Shown in pieces: positions 1-15,600 of a stretch of 37,007 bases of DNA. Positions within the stretch are counted from its first letter, which is position 1. Every line of letters starts with the position of its first letter. Under the pieces are notes generated by a model. It ran no database searches and was not told the origin of the DNA. It saw only the letters and a program-made list of their open reading frames with translations. Both the position numbers and the translations under genes were made by a program. Source of the DNA: Folioceros fuciformis (lineage: Eukaryota); NCBI GenBank assembly GCA_049999805.1, contig JBNGIO010006294.1:263108-300114 (forward strand), read 5' to 3'.

Positions 1-823
<823 letters not shown>

Positions 824-1239
824 TGGTCGAGAACCAAGCTTGGACGTATATCTGGCAAGCTTCCCCTAATATGGCGAGTGACAATTTTGACGGATCATGA
901 AGGCTATCCTGACTCCTGTGGGCTAGTGAAAGTTGGGTCCATATTTTAGAGGTTGCCTGCCATATGCTGGCAAAGCCAATTCTGTTGGAACACCGACATA
1001 ATTGAGTTCGGTCCCACTCAAACACTTCATGATGCGATGCGATGGCACTGGCGACTAATGCAAGACCAGTGGATACGACCATCTCTTGTACTAGGCGGAA
1101 TCAAAGTGGTTTAACAGTACAAATTTTCAATGGATAACAAAGGAGGAGATAGTGAGGATCTGCGCACAATGCTCTGCCTTCCCGCCAGAACCAGCTCTTT
1201 TGAAGCCCATTCTGTAGACGCAGGTCGCAGGTGTATCTT

Positions 1240-1432
1240 GCCGCATCATCGACATGGCCTGCAACTGTTCCCATGAATCCACTAAGCATACCTGGATATG
1301 GCAACCCACACAAGAAACTAGTTGTAACTTTTGCAAGAGATGGAGGCGTAACACATCTGGAAAACAAGGACACCAGTGGAGTGGGTATCAACGCAGACAA
1401 GTGACGTACCCACTGGCAAACACATAAATTAG
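1240..1432 (-). pseudogene. Deleted remnant of the PMIR 3' region, including its 118-nt intron
   Basis: 1254-1277 matches ~5760-5783. 1286-1490 matches ~6060-6263, including intron 1292-1409 (parent 6066-6183), so the duplication was at DNA level. Confidence 0.85.
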
Positions 1433-4098
<2,666 letters not shown>

Positions 4099-4867
4099 AG
4101 GCTATCCCGACTCCTGTGGGCTAGTAAAAGTTGGGTCCACTTCCTAGGTTGCCTGCCATGTTCTGGCAAAGCCAGTTCTGTTCGAACACTGATATAATTA
4201 AATTCCATCCAACTCAAACACTACAAATATGTTAATGGTGCGATGGCGCTGGCGACTAATGTAAGACAAGTGGATACGACCATCTCTAGTACTAGGCGGA
4301 ATCAAAATGGTACATGCTTAATGGATGACCAAGGAGGAGGCAGTGAGGAGTTGCCCACAATGCTCTGATTTTCGACCCGCCAGAGAGAGCTCTTTTGAAG
4401 CCCATCCGGCAGAGGCAGGTGAAGGTAAGTTTAGCACAACCCTGCACGGACATGAGCAATTACTCAACCATTCACCCAGACTGAGACCAGAAACAAAAAA
4501 TGTAAAAGGCACTGGGATGTACAGAGCTGGGACTTACCACTGCTAGATAAGGCGTCCAAGCTGGTTCACTAAAGTGTCTACACGAAAAAGCAGTCACCCT
4601 GCAGTCCATGGGAGTATCTTGCAGCATGAAGACTCGCAGGTTCCCTGATAACTTAGAAAAATGGTTGCTCCTGTCCACTCCTAACATAGTACATGTGGGT
4701 AAAACCAATGACGACTGATGAAGGGCATCAGTGTCCTTGCCGGTGTCAGACAGTCAAAATGCTCCCAAATGCTTAAACGCTGACAGTGACAGTATGTACA
4801 CACAAGGAACGAACTGAGGAACAAGATGCCATCGGGCAGAGCAGCCAACCTTTCAGTCGGCCCTGTG

Positions 4868-7800
4868 CTACCTCGTTCTGATGGTTTCATTAGCGAATAT
4901 CACATCTGGATTTCGGATGTGAGGATTGAGAGCAGCCACTTCCTTCCACTTTGCACCTGTTCCATGTACCCTGGATGATATGCTCCACAAAGACTCACCC
5001 TGTTTGACCTTTGTTTTTGATGGAGGCTGCTTAGACTTGATGGCAGGATGCTTTTGTGTCTTGCCCATGCCATTGGCAACAAGCCATCGTGAACCTGACT
5101 GTTGTTGCTTCTGATTTCCCCATCCCTTGGCCTCTTTCTTTTTCTCGTCCTCGCTCGGCGTCAGACCAGACATTGTCACATTTGTGATTTTAAACACGGG
5201 AGCTTGAACCTCAGCTTCTACCACCTTCGCTTTCTCAGGTTCATCCTCCTCTTCACTGTTTCCTTTCAAGGAAACCCGCCTTCCAATTCTCGGTTTTGGA
5301 GGAATGAGAACCCTTTCAGCCTGCACAAGTGCCATCATTGGGGCGCCAACTGGCTCGAAATTCCTCAGAGGATCTCTCAGCTGGACTAACATAGCAAGAG
5401 TAAGTGTGTCGCCCATACAACCGCCAGCACCAAAGCTTGCCTTCGCTCCAGGAACACCTTGCCTTCCCCTTGTCTTTTCCTGCTCAGTCTTCTGGTTCAA
5501 GACCACAAGCTCTCTGTGATCCTTATGTACAGCATGATGGGCTGCCAGAAGAGCTAGTGTGTTTTCATTTGCATCAGGCTCATCATATACTCCAGCATCC
5601 AGACGCATCCACTCCTCCAGGGAAATGGCCATGGACATCAATCCATCCACATCGCCTGACTGCTTGTCGTCTGAAGGTCGCACACCCTCCACTAATGGCA
5701 GTGCTGCAACCCCCTCTAGCATACCGATACCCTTTCCTTTCCTTGGCACAGCACCTTCGATGGCCTGCAACTGTTCCCATGAAATAGCATCCACATTATA
5801 AGGGGCAGTTTCTTCAGTCATTTCCGCCTGTATCTTCAAACCCTCCATGGCAAGAGATTCAATTTTCTGCATTGCCATGGGAGCAAGCTCCTCAAGGGAG
5901 ACATTGTCATCATAAGCTTCTAAATCACTGCCCCTTCCCCACCTACCACTTGCACCCAACGCAGAGCTGCTGAGGCCCCTAGATCCACCTCGAGTGCTCA
6001 GAGCTCCGGCACCCCCATATTCCAGGCTTAAACCCCTTCTTGTCTCACCTGGAGGCAGAGCATACCTGTATATGGCAACCCACACCAGAGATTAGTTGCA
6101 ACTTTTGAAAGAGGGGGAAGTACTACACGTCTGGAAGACAAGGATACCAACGGAGTGGGGATCCACACAGACAAGTGACGTACCCATTGGCAGACACATA
6201 AGATAGTCCATTGCGATGATTAGCACCCTCCAGGGCCATCAAACCCTCAGAAGCAACCAGTTCCACACTCTTTCCTGAAATATCTTCCAGTGGCATTGCC
6301 CTCATGGCCTGTATTGCCATGTTTTCCACCCCTGAAGCTGCCATCCGTCGGAGAATGTCGACAGAGCTGGACCCCATCTGTGCAGGGACTACTACCGGCT
6401 TCGACACCTGCATAACCAACTTGCCACTCAGATTGCTCGACTGAAAATGCATGGGACTCATCGCACGCAGGGAACCCCCATCTCTCGTAGCCACAACAGA
6501 TCCAATATTTGGGGCGAGAGGAGGAGGATCAAGCAACCCCATTGAGAATGGATTGCCACCGTAGGAAGCGCTGTATGCATGTGCCGACTTCTTTGGTGGA
6601 GAAGCCTCAAAGGCTTTCTCGTTCAAGCCCCATTCTGCCATGAGAGCTTCAGTCTCCTCATCTTCCATCATTTTGGCACGGGACTTACTGCGCATGGCCT
6701 GATCTGCTTTTTTCAGTTCGGTCTCAGCCGCCTCCATGAAAACTGCCAACTCGGCATCCTCGTCCCCAAAAAATGTTGCATCAGGCTCGGCTGACACTTT
6801 TGGTGTAGCAGGATCTAGGTCATCGATAAGCTCCTCAAGATTCAAATCCTCGCCAATATCATCCAACTTGAAATCAGGCACAAACTTATCACCGAAACCA
6901 AGACCTGACATGCTGGGGCTGAGCTCTTGCTCGAATTGCTTCAGTAGTAGGGCCCGTGGGGAATTAGAGTCGCTTCCAGCAATGGATGCTGCAGGTTCAT
7001 CGCTCTCCAACATGTCAAGAAACTCTCCGGCGACCAAGTCAACCTCATCGTCTAGATCAGCCGCTTCTTCTGGTGCGTCCAGAAAGACTTCATCGGCAAG
7101 ATCATGGGGTGACATCTCCTCCTTTTGGTTCAACAGCAGATTCCCGAACAGTATCGGAGAATCTTGGCGAGCTGCGCCTTGTTGGCCATCGTCAAACATC
7201 AAATCCTCATCAACATCAGCGCCCGTATCCACAAAGCTGCCATGGACCATGTGGTCCACCGTAACCTCCTTGTCCACAACATTCAGCGGCACCCCAACCT
7301 CAACCAGCGACACTTCACCTTGGACTACTTCAGGCTTATCGTCCGCCTCTACATTGGCCTCGCTATTCAAAGCCATTTCGAACTTCTCCAGCTCCAGCCT
7401 GAGTGAATTCACCTCCTTCACATCTTCCTCATCCTCCTCCTCCTCCGCTTCCACCTTTCCTCCTCCTCCTTGCGATGCAACAACCTCCACCGGTTCCTCA
7501 ACCACAACAGCAATTGCCTCCTGCGACACAGGCAATTCCTGTTCTGCCACCTCCAGCACTGGCTCCGGCTCTGGTTCAGGCTCAACAGTCCTATTGTCCA
7601 GCTCGGACTCGGGCTCGAGGTCGGGCTCGGGCTCGGGCTTCGGCTCCGGCTCCGGCTCAGGTTCATGATCCACCTTGAAAGACCGCGCCGTCTGCTCCAC
7701 CTCTTCCTCAAAGCCATGGTCACGAACAAAATGGTCCGTCTCACCCCCCACCGTGGTATGGACAACAGTCTCAGGCAGAGTCCCCAACTCCACCCCCCGA

Positions 7801-9335
7801 TCCTCCACTACAAACTCAGGTTCCTCCTCAGAGCTAGCGTACTCCGGCTGAGCCTCTTTCCGTTGCACGGCAGGCGGGGGAGGCACAAACGGAGGCAGAG
7901 CCTTGGCGGCTTGGGCCTTGGCAGCCTTCACCTGCTGAGCCTCCTGAATCTGCGCCTGAACCTTGAGCTTCCCTTCCAGCTGCTGCACGAAGGCCGTGGA
8001 CCGCATGTCCCCACCTCCCCCTCGCGGGGGCAACCCACTAGGCCTCACATCCAACTTGAACCCCTTGTCCTCCACACTCTCATCCAGACTCAAGTGCTCC
8101 ATCCCCAGATACTCATTCAAGTCCGGCTCCGACATGGCAGGCGACAAATGTGCATCAGAGGGCCGCATCCTGGGCGTACCACTCGCCGAATTCGGCAGGC
8201 TGCTGAAGGAGCGCACAGCCCTCCTGGTAGGGCTCTCTGGAAACCTGGAACTGGAGTTGGTGATGGGAGTCCTACTCCCTCCCTCCTTTCCCCCATCCAC
8301 AACCTCGTAGCCAAAGGAGACGAGCAACGTCCCCCCCCTCGCCTTCCCGGTAAGCGGAAAGCTACTCCCAGCCCCCGGGCCACCATCCTCCCCGTCCAGC
8401 GTCACGGGCAACAACTTGGTAAGATCCAGCCGGTGCTTCCCCAGCTGCAACTCCTCCGCATCCAATGCCACGACGCTGAGGGTGAAGCTCTTGCTCATGT
8501 ACTTTAAGGCATTCCCCTTACCCTCCCTGGACCCGTACACGGTGCTCCTGATCTGCAGCGTCTCTTGGAAATCGGCCGCACCCTGGAGAACCCGCACGGG
8601 CGCCGTCTGCACCCCAACCTCCTTCCTCCTGCAGGCCACGGCGAGGCGCATGCCGTTCATCCCCGCCGGCATGCCCTCGATCCCGTGCACATGCAGCGTG
8701 AAGACGCAATTGAACCTCTGCTGGCCGATATGCGCTAGCGCGCGGAACGGCTTCCAGCTCCGCCACCCGCCCTTCTTCTCCACAGGGGCTTCCAGCAGCT
8801 TCTTGCTAAAATCCAGATTGTCCTGCAGCCATGCGGGGAAATTGGTAACCTCAGGGAGCTGCTTCTCGAAGCCCTGCGAGTGCCAGGGCTGCAGAACCCG
8901 CCCTCCTTGCTGCTGCTGCTGCTGCTGCCCCTGCCCCTGCGGCTGCTGTTGCCCGTGCTGCTGCTGCCGGATGTGCTCGTCAAAGTTCTTGAGCAAGTCG
9001 GCCTCGGCGGCCTGCCGGAGCTGCGCGGCCCGGGAGCCCATCACAGGGCTCCCGGAAAAAGACAGCTGGGGGGCGGCGGCAGCAGCAGCAGCAGGCGCTG
9101 GCACTCCCCTTCCCGGCCGGTCTCGCGGAGGCCTGGGCTTGTGCGCATGGGCTGCTCCTCCTCTAATAGGCGACGGCACCTCCCTCCTAGCCGGGGGCGG
9201 GGCCGCTTGACCGCCAGCATGGGGGCTGCTGCGGTACAGAGCCTGGCTCAAGGCTTCCAGCTCCTGCAGCAACTGCCCGCCAGGCTCGCCTCTCCTGCCG
9301 CCTAGCGACGGCGACGACGGGGCCGAGCTCACCAT
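4868..9335 (-). CDS. PMIR1: PLASTID MOVEMENT IMPAIRED 1-RELATED protein (NT-C2 domain, PMI1/PMIR C-terminal region, LysM), ~1449 aa
   Basis: Exons 9335-6184 and 6065-4868, GT-AG intron 6183-6066. Motifs: LLQELEALSQALY; WKPFRALAHIGQQRFNCVFTLHVHGIEG...DFQETL...LGKHRLDLT (NT-C2); LEELAPMAMQKIESLAMEGLKIQ; ISLEEWMRLDAG; VQLRDPLRNFEPVGAPM; terminal LysM VKQGESLWSISSRVHGTGAKWKEVAALNPHIRNPDVIF. Confidence 0.93.
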
Positions 9336-9952
9336 CTCTTGCTCGCCTTCGGCTGGCTTCCTCCGGCTCAGACTGCTCTACCTCACCAGCATCTCTGCCG
9401 TGCTGCTTCCGGGGGGCTGCAATGCGCCCGATCTTGCCCCCATCCGCGGGCGACGCTCCCGGTGCCGATGCCGGTGCTGTTGGTGCTGGTTTTGGAGCTG
9501 CCGCTGACCTGTTGCCGGCGAGGCATGCCAACCCCTGCTCCTCGACTGCCGACACTTGTGGCTGAGAGTCACCTTCTCTTCCTGTCCAGAAAGGGGAAGC
9601 TCTGCGCCTCTGCGGCTCTGCGGCTCTGAGGCTGACGCAAGCGAGGCAGAGAGGCGAGAGACGAGAGGCCAGATGCCGGCTCTGGCCTAAGTCGAGGGCC
9701 CAGCTTGCCCCAGCCGCGCTACCCAACCCCCATCTTCCCACCCGGCCTCTGCCACTAACTCTCCATTCCGGTTAATTAACCCGGGTCACTCGGCCCGCGC
9801 TGTACCGGAGGGGCCGAGGCCCGGGGAGAGGAGGGAAGCCCTGGAACCGAGGCGCGGGGGGTGTTGCCTGCGCGGGCACCCGCTTTCTTTCTTTATTTCA
9901 AATTCCGTTCAATTCAAGCCTCCAGGTCCACCTCCCACCACAACAAAGTGGG

Positions 9953-9994
9953 GCCGACGCGACCCGACCCGACCCGACCCGACCCACCACGTCA
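9953..9994. promoter_or_regulatory. (GACCC)5 tract flanked by GCCGAC and CCACGTCA (TGACGTGG) motifs, upstream of PMIR
   Basis: Motifs read directly ~620-660 nt upstream of the PMIR ATG, at the edge of a GC-rich 5' region. Function is not shown. Confidence 0.3.
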
Positions 9995-10389
9995 GTATTT
10001 ATCTCTACAGGATAACTACCCCTAACCATGGCCCCTACCATTTGTCATGTCATAGTACGCTTGTCTCTTCACGTCTTCCCCTTTTCTAAAGGTCGTTTTA
10101 TTTTTACTATAGTAAAGAAGTTTTTTCAAGGGTTGTTTACATTGATACATGTGTACATGGATTGCATTTCTGTTGTACTCAGGCTTTTTTCTAAGAAGCT
10201 AGTACTTGTAACGGTGAAGGTTGAAGGGGCTAGTATTTATCTTATTTATTTATTTTTAAAAATAAATAAGATGAAAATTTATCCATCCTTAGAGAGAAAG
10301 GTAAACCATGATAGGGACTCGGGCTAGGCTTTTGGGGTTTGATTCTCCTCATGTTGCTCTTCTTATCTTTAGGGTAACATTATTTTCTA

Positions 10390-11060
10390 TTATTGCAAAA
10401 GAGATGGAAAGGCCCCATCTACTCCAAAACTTAGAGAAACAATCTGAGTAGGGCTAAAAGGATAATAGTCCCCCTTTAAAGTGTCATAATGTGGAATATT
10501 TAACGAAAGACCTCCAATGCTGAAAAAGCTGCTTGATTTATGTTGGTCAATGCTCTTTGCAAAGTAATGGATACGCATTGTTGGCCAATGCTCTTTGCAA
10601 AGCAATGGATACGCATTGTTGGCCAATGCTCTTTGCAAAGCAATGGATACGCATTGTTGAAAGAAGGCCACCATATAGAATTGTTCTAAAAACTACATTG
10701 GCCAATCCTCTTTGCAGAGCAATGGACACAAGTTATTGAAAGAAGGTCACCACAAAGGAAAGAGGAATGACACCATTTGTATTACTTTGATAAATGTTGG
10801 TGCATTCTTTGATGAACCGTGAAATGTCCTTGCCCATGATCAACCTTGGCACACTTCTTGGTAAACCTTGGCACACTTCTTGATAAACCTTGGCGCACTC
10901 CTTGATGAACCGTGAAAAGTCCTTACCCATGGCCTGGTGATAAACCCTTAGTACATTCTTTAGTGAAAAGTCCTTGCCCATGGCCCCATGAGTCTTAAGA
11001 ATCAAAGGGCTTGTCATAAAGGGAGAATATTTATGGACTTTGGTTCTTGAACAACCCTTG
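10390..11060 (-). mobile_element. Degenerate 3' end (restriction-like endonuclease region) of a CRE-like non-LTR retrotransposon, with internal tandem duplications
   Basis: Minus strand reads KVHKY..PLILKTHGAMGKDFSRFIKECA..VVxFFQQCVSIALQRALA, resembling the KxxKY..P..ETxG.xG..QRxSxALQR C-terminus of RLE retroelements. Broken by stops and duplications; AT-rich. Confidence 0.6.
10541..10745. repeat. 38-bp tandem repeat (TGTTGGCCAATGCTCTTTGCAAAGCAATGGATACGCAT) x3 plus one degenerate copy
   Basis: Units start at 10541, 10579 and 10617, with a diverged copy near 10697. No unique spacers between the first three. Confidence 0.9.
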
Positions 11061-11461
11061 CCCCGCCCATCATGGGGTTAGACACATCTCCCTCTTGTTT
11101 TAATAATAAAAGATAACTCTGGAAAGGGAAGCCACTCAACACTTCACATCACATCCAAGGTTGGGAAAGGGTTAAAAAATTTTATAGAGCAAAACACCCA
11201 TTATTGAGAATAAGTAAGATATTTTTTTGGCCTCCGAGATTACAATGATATAATTATGTGTTTCTAGGGACAACAGTCCTCGGAGTTTAGAGTCATGTTT
11301 GGTTTATAAATCGACGCAGAGAGTCTAACTTGTCACATCGTCATCTTGCTTCGTCATTAGGGCTTTGCGTCCGGATATGGTGGTACATGTAGACGGAGCC
11401 CCTATCTTGCTTAAACAAACCTCTTGAACGAACTTTGTGGTGAAGGATTTGGTGATCGAAT

Positions 11462-12085
11462 ATGGTGGACAAAAGGCCTGCTCATCCCTCCAAGGCTGAG
11501 ACAAAGAGGGAGAAAGAAGCAGCAGATCGCAACGATGCTCCAAGACTTTTGAAGCTTGCAAGTCGAAAGCAAGCTACGAACAAACTCGAAGAAGCTTTTG
11601 AACTAGTAGGTCAAATCTTACTTCTTGAACCGAACTCTGAGCATGTCAAACAGTTGCATGCAATTCTCGCGGTAGAGATTGCAGCACGGAGAGCAACCAA
11701 GAGCAATATGCAACGATGGGGGTATATTTTGAATGTTGATCCCAACGCAGAAGACAAAGTTGTTAATGCGCAGTATAGAAAGTTGGCTCTCAAGTTGCAC
11801 CCGGACAAGAATAAGCACTATGGTGCGGAAAGTGCTTTCAAACTGATTTTGGAAGCAAAGGAGGGTATTCTTGCCAAGAATCACAAGGATATTTTGCCTA
11901 GGTTTGACGTTCAAGAGCCTGAGGTTCGTAGGAGCAATCCTGTTGCACAGGAAACCAAAGTAAAGAGAGAAGAGCCAAAATTCTCCAACTGCCCTTATCC
12001 ATTGCATGGTCGACGAGGACGTTGTCGCAAATGTGGCATGAAGGATGCTTCCTCCTCCTCCTCCTCATCTTCATCTTCAAAGTAG
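11462..12085 (+). CDS. Intronless J-domain (DnaJ/Hsp40 class C) protein, 207 aa
   Basis: ATG-TAG ORF. WGYILNVDPNAEDKVVNAQYRKLALKLHPDKNKHYGAESAFKLILEA is a J-domain with intact HPD. TATAAA at ~11305. Confidence 0.8.
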   Translation: MVDKRPAHPSKAETKREKEAADRNDAPRLLKLASRKQATNKLEEAFELVGQILLLEPNSEHVKQLHAILAVEIAARRATKSNMQRWGYILNVDPNAEDKVVNAQYRKLALKLHPDKNKHYGAESAFKLILEAKEGILAKNHKDILPRFDVQEPEVRRSNPVAQETKVKREEPKFSNCPYPLHGRRGRCRKCGMKDASSSSSSSSSSK

Positions 12086-12270
12086 ATGGAATCTTTAGGG
12101 TTGATGAAATTTTTCATGTCATCTTTAGGGCATTTTATATCTCACCTTTAGAAGGGTGGATAGAATTTTCCATCTCATCTTTAGGAAGGTGGATGGAATT
12201 TTCCCATCTCATCTTTAGGGTTGATGGAATTTTCCATCTCATCTTTGGGTTGATAGAATTTTCATCTTTT
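12084..12270. repeat. Imperfect ~30-bp tandem repeat (GTTGATGGAATTTTCCATCTCATCTTTAGG) with an internal inverted repeat
   Basis: About 6 degenerate units starting at the DnaJ stop codon. GATGGAA-tt-TTCCATC is self-complementary. Confidence 0.8.
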
Positions 12271-12639
12271 TTTAATGTTATCTCATGGATGAATTGTATA
12301 TTCATACACTCCCTAACTACTGTACTGTATCGAGAACATGACATCATCGCCAACATTTAGCGCATGTGTTTACTTTGAAGTCCATGAAGTGGAATTTCAC
12401 TTGAATGGAATACCCGTTCGGCTGGCAAGTTCCGTGAAGCGGGGGTTCACCCTCGGCCAACTGCCAACGGCCTGTGTTCAGAGGCTCACGCAGAATCTCG
12501 AGTGTGCAAGCGAATTGCATTCGCCTGCAATCCGGACCCCTTTTTCGCAGTGTCCCTGCAGCAGCTGCTCCGCGCTGCGCCGCGCCGCGCGAGGATGCCG
12601 CCCTCGGTTCTGTGCGGTTGAATTTTGCAGACTGCCAGG

Positions 12640-15600
12640 ATGGCCAAGGGGGATGATCCCAAGAGCCCGAAGAGTCCCAAGAGTCCCAAGGAAGATTCCA
12701 AAGGCTCCAAGGCAGGGGACTCCAAGGGGGACCCCAAGGGCAAGCCCAATGGCATTGTGAATGTGAAGGGCACACCCTCGCCCCCGCGCTACAAAGCTGG
12801 AGAGGTGACGTGCCTTCTCTTTCTTGCTTGCTCGCTCTTTGTTCTCAGAAATTGCTGGCTTCTCTACTATGGAGATTGAATGATTTCCTGGCTATGGTAC
12901 GATGCAGGAGCAACCTCCACTGCCGTCCTATCCGATCACGTGGACCACTGCTGCTGTTTGTGTGGAATCAAGCGGCCCGGCTCTCGATCTCCACACTCTG
13001 GTGGAGCTTTGCAACCAGAGCTCACGGCCAGCTCTTAGTTTTGCCATTGTGGATGCACAAGAGTTGCTGGATGAGGTGTGTGGGTGCGCGACAGGGTCAA
13101 GAGTTGGTTAGGGTGTCTCATGTGGTCGGGAACTAAACAAATAGGTATCTGGTTGTAGGAGCTTGGGGACGAGGAATCGGAGTTGGGGAAAGCGTTACTT
13201 GAGGCCAAACAGGTGCTAAAATTTTGCTCCACCTCATGCATTTCCTGGGATCGAAGATGTGTAGGACATTACGGATTTGCCCTTGGTTCCCCTCCCCTTC
13301 ATTTGTCGACAGGAGTCGACTTCAGGGTTCAAGAAGGACAAGGATGCTAAAGACAACAAGAGCAAGGATGGAAAGGAGGCCAAAGGTAAAGGGAAAGAGA
13401 AACCGCCAGAGAAGGAGAAGGACAAAGACAAGGGAAAGGGGAAGGGAAAGGAGAAGGGGCAGTCACAAATGGGGAGCTGGCTGCAACCGGCTCACCTGCA
13501 GCAGCTTCTGGCTGGTGAGTCCGTTGAGTTTGTTGGAGGGACTGTTGTCAGTGCTGCGGCCCCAAGGTTGGGGATTCCGAAGCTTATAGACCACATGTGC
13601 CCTTGCTTCAGCCAGGCAGATCAGAGACCGGGACTTTGAACATAGGGAGGAAGTGGTGCGCAGGGCTGATCAAGTGGAGGAAGCTAAACGCAAGGCGGAG
13701 GTGTGGCACTCACCGTTGCATTCCCAGCGTTTGGCTGCAGACGTCTTTGACTAGTTGAAACAGACGTCAAGTTCTTAGGCTAGTTCTGTTCCTGCTGTAG
13801 GAAGCAAAGAAATCTGTTGAAGATATGCAAGCAGGACTAGAAGCGGCGAAGAAAGCTTTGCAGGAGTTTGAGGAACGAGACAGGAAACGCATAAGGGAAG
13901 AGTGGTGGGCACAAAAGGCCGCAGCTGCTGCAGCTGCTAAGAATCCTGAAGGTGCGAAGGGCGACAAAAAAAGTGACAAGGGAGACAAGAAAGGTGACAA
14001 GGGAGACAAAAAAGGAGAGAAGGCTGCAAGAGGTGGAAAGGATAAGCAAGGTGGTGATAAAGGGGCGCAGAAACCTCCTACTCCACCAAAAGGTGAGCAA
14101 CTTAGCAAGGCATCAAAAGGTGCAGCTTCTGGATGAACTCGGTGGACTATGAAGTTTGCAGTCTTTCACATTTTTGTAGCCGTTCTGCAGGTAAGGACAA
14201 AGGCAAGGACAAAGGAAAAGGAGCTCCCCCTCCGCCTGTGCTGACTCCTGCTGAAGAAAGACTTAGCTGTCAGAACGTTGTGAAGCAAAGACAAGAAGCT
14301 CTGGAGGCAGCTGAGGCACAGGTCAGACCTAGTCTCCGCCCTGGGATTTCCTCATGGAAGCCTTGGACCATCCGTTTCAAGGTTGGTAAACTCGCTGAGG
14401 CTTCCAGGTCATAGAGACGGAGAAACGTGTCGCTGATCTAGAGGCTGTGATCAACGAACCGTTTGCCACCTCCCGGATCTACTGCTGCCTAGGTTTTGGC
14501 GATAATGCCACCTCCGTTGCCGAACTGGCGGCCAGCCAAGATAACATTTTCTGCGCTATCTTGAACATAGCCAAAAAACTTCCTCCACCTCCACAACCAG
14601 ACCCTCCTGAGACTGTACAGTCACCTGACAAGGATAAAGATAAAGGAACCAAGAAGGATGGAAAGGCTGAGACTCCGTTGAGATCTGCTTCACCTGCTGG
14701 AGCTGCAGAAAAAGGGAACGAGAAAGGTGGAAAGAAAGATGGAAAGGCGGAGGCTCCATCAAGACCTTCTTCACCTGCTGGTTTGATGCCCCACAAATCC
14801 GGTCACTTAAATTGCATTCTTTGCTGGCATGTGAGCTCATTAGATCGGTGCTGACGTTTTTAAACAGAGAAGGGCAAGAAGTCAGGCAAAGAGAAAACAG
14901 AGCAGCCGAGTGAGGTGCTTGTTCCTCCATTAGTAGCTGAGATGAGGGCATTGGCAAAAGCTGCTGATCTGAGAAATCCTGCCAGGAAAATATTTGTGAT
15001 GGATGTCTTATATGAAGACAAAAAGGACGATGAGGTTCCACCAGATGACAAAGCGGAAAGGCCTAAGACTCCTGGTAAGAAAGAAAAGGAGTTGGGCACG
15101 AAGAAGGAGGGAGGCAAAGGTGCAGAGAAAAGACCTGGTTCTCCACCTGGTGCCAAGAAGGGAAAAGGTGGGAAGGGGGAAGAAGACATGCAATATGCTC
15201 AGATTGTGGAGGCAGTAGTTAAGTCATGCAGGGCTCTTACTGATCAAGTAAAAGAATTCAGGAAAATGGATGGAGATACACGGTTTGTAGAGATCCCACT
15301 TGCAATACCTTTTGAGGTGAATTTCGTATTTGTTCCCTGCTTACTTACAGGTCATGACACATGGATTTCTTAGAAGGCGGCCTTGCTGTCTGGGCAATTT
15401 CTGATCACACCTCTGTGCTATAGGAAGTAAAGATGGATCATTACAAACACCTATTAGATGAAGTTGCACCCGCATTAGTGACCGTCCCCGTCATATTGCA
15501 CTGTATGATTGAGCAAGTAGCAGTAAGTGACTGTGAAAAGACAGATATACAGACCTTGGAAGCCATGAATCAACGAAAAGAAGCAAGGGTGCTTCTGGAA

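Noticed and set aside
6736-9305. Long plus-strand ORFs (6736-7668, 7470-8507, 8416-9210)
   Set aside because: Antisense shadows of the GC-rich PMIR exon; Ser-, Leu- or Cys-rich with no recognisable domain.
9187-9741. 184-aa minus-strand ORF overlapping the PMIR start
   Set aside because: Different frame, GC-rich leader, no domain; probably chance, though a uORF role is not excluded.
10541-10745. 38-bp partly palindromic repeats resembling a CRISPR array
   Set aside because: Head-to-tail with no unique spacers, no cas genes, eukaryotic context; explained as duplications within a TE remnant.
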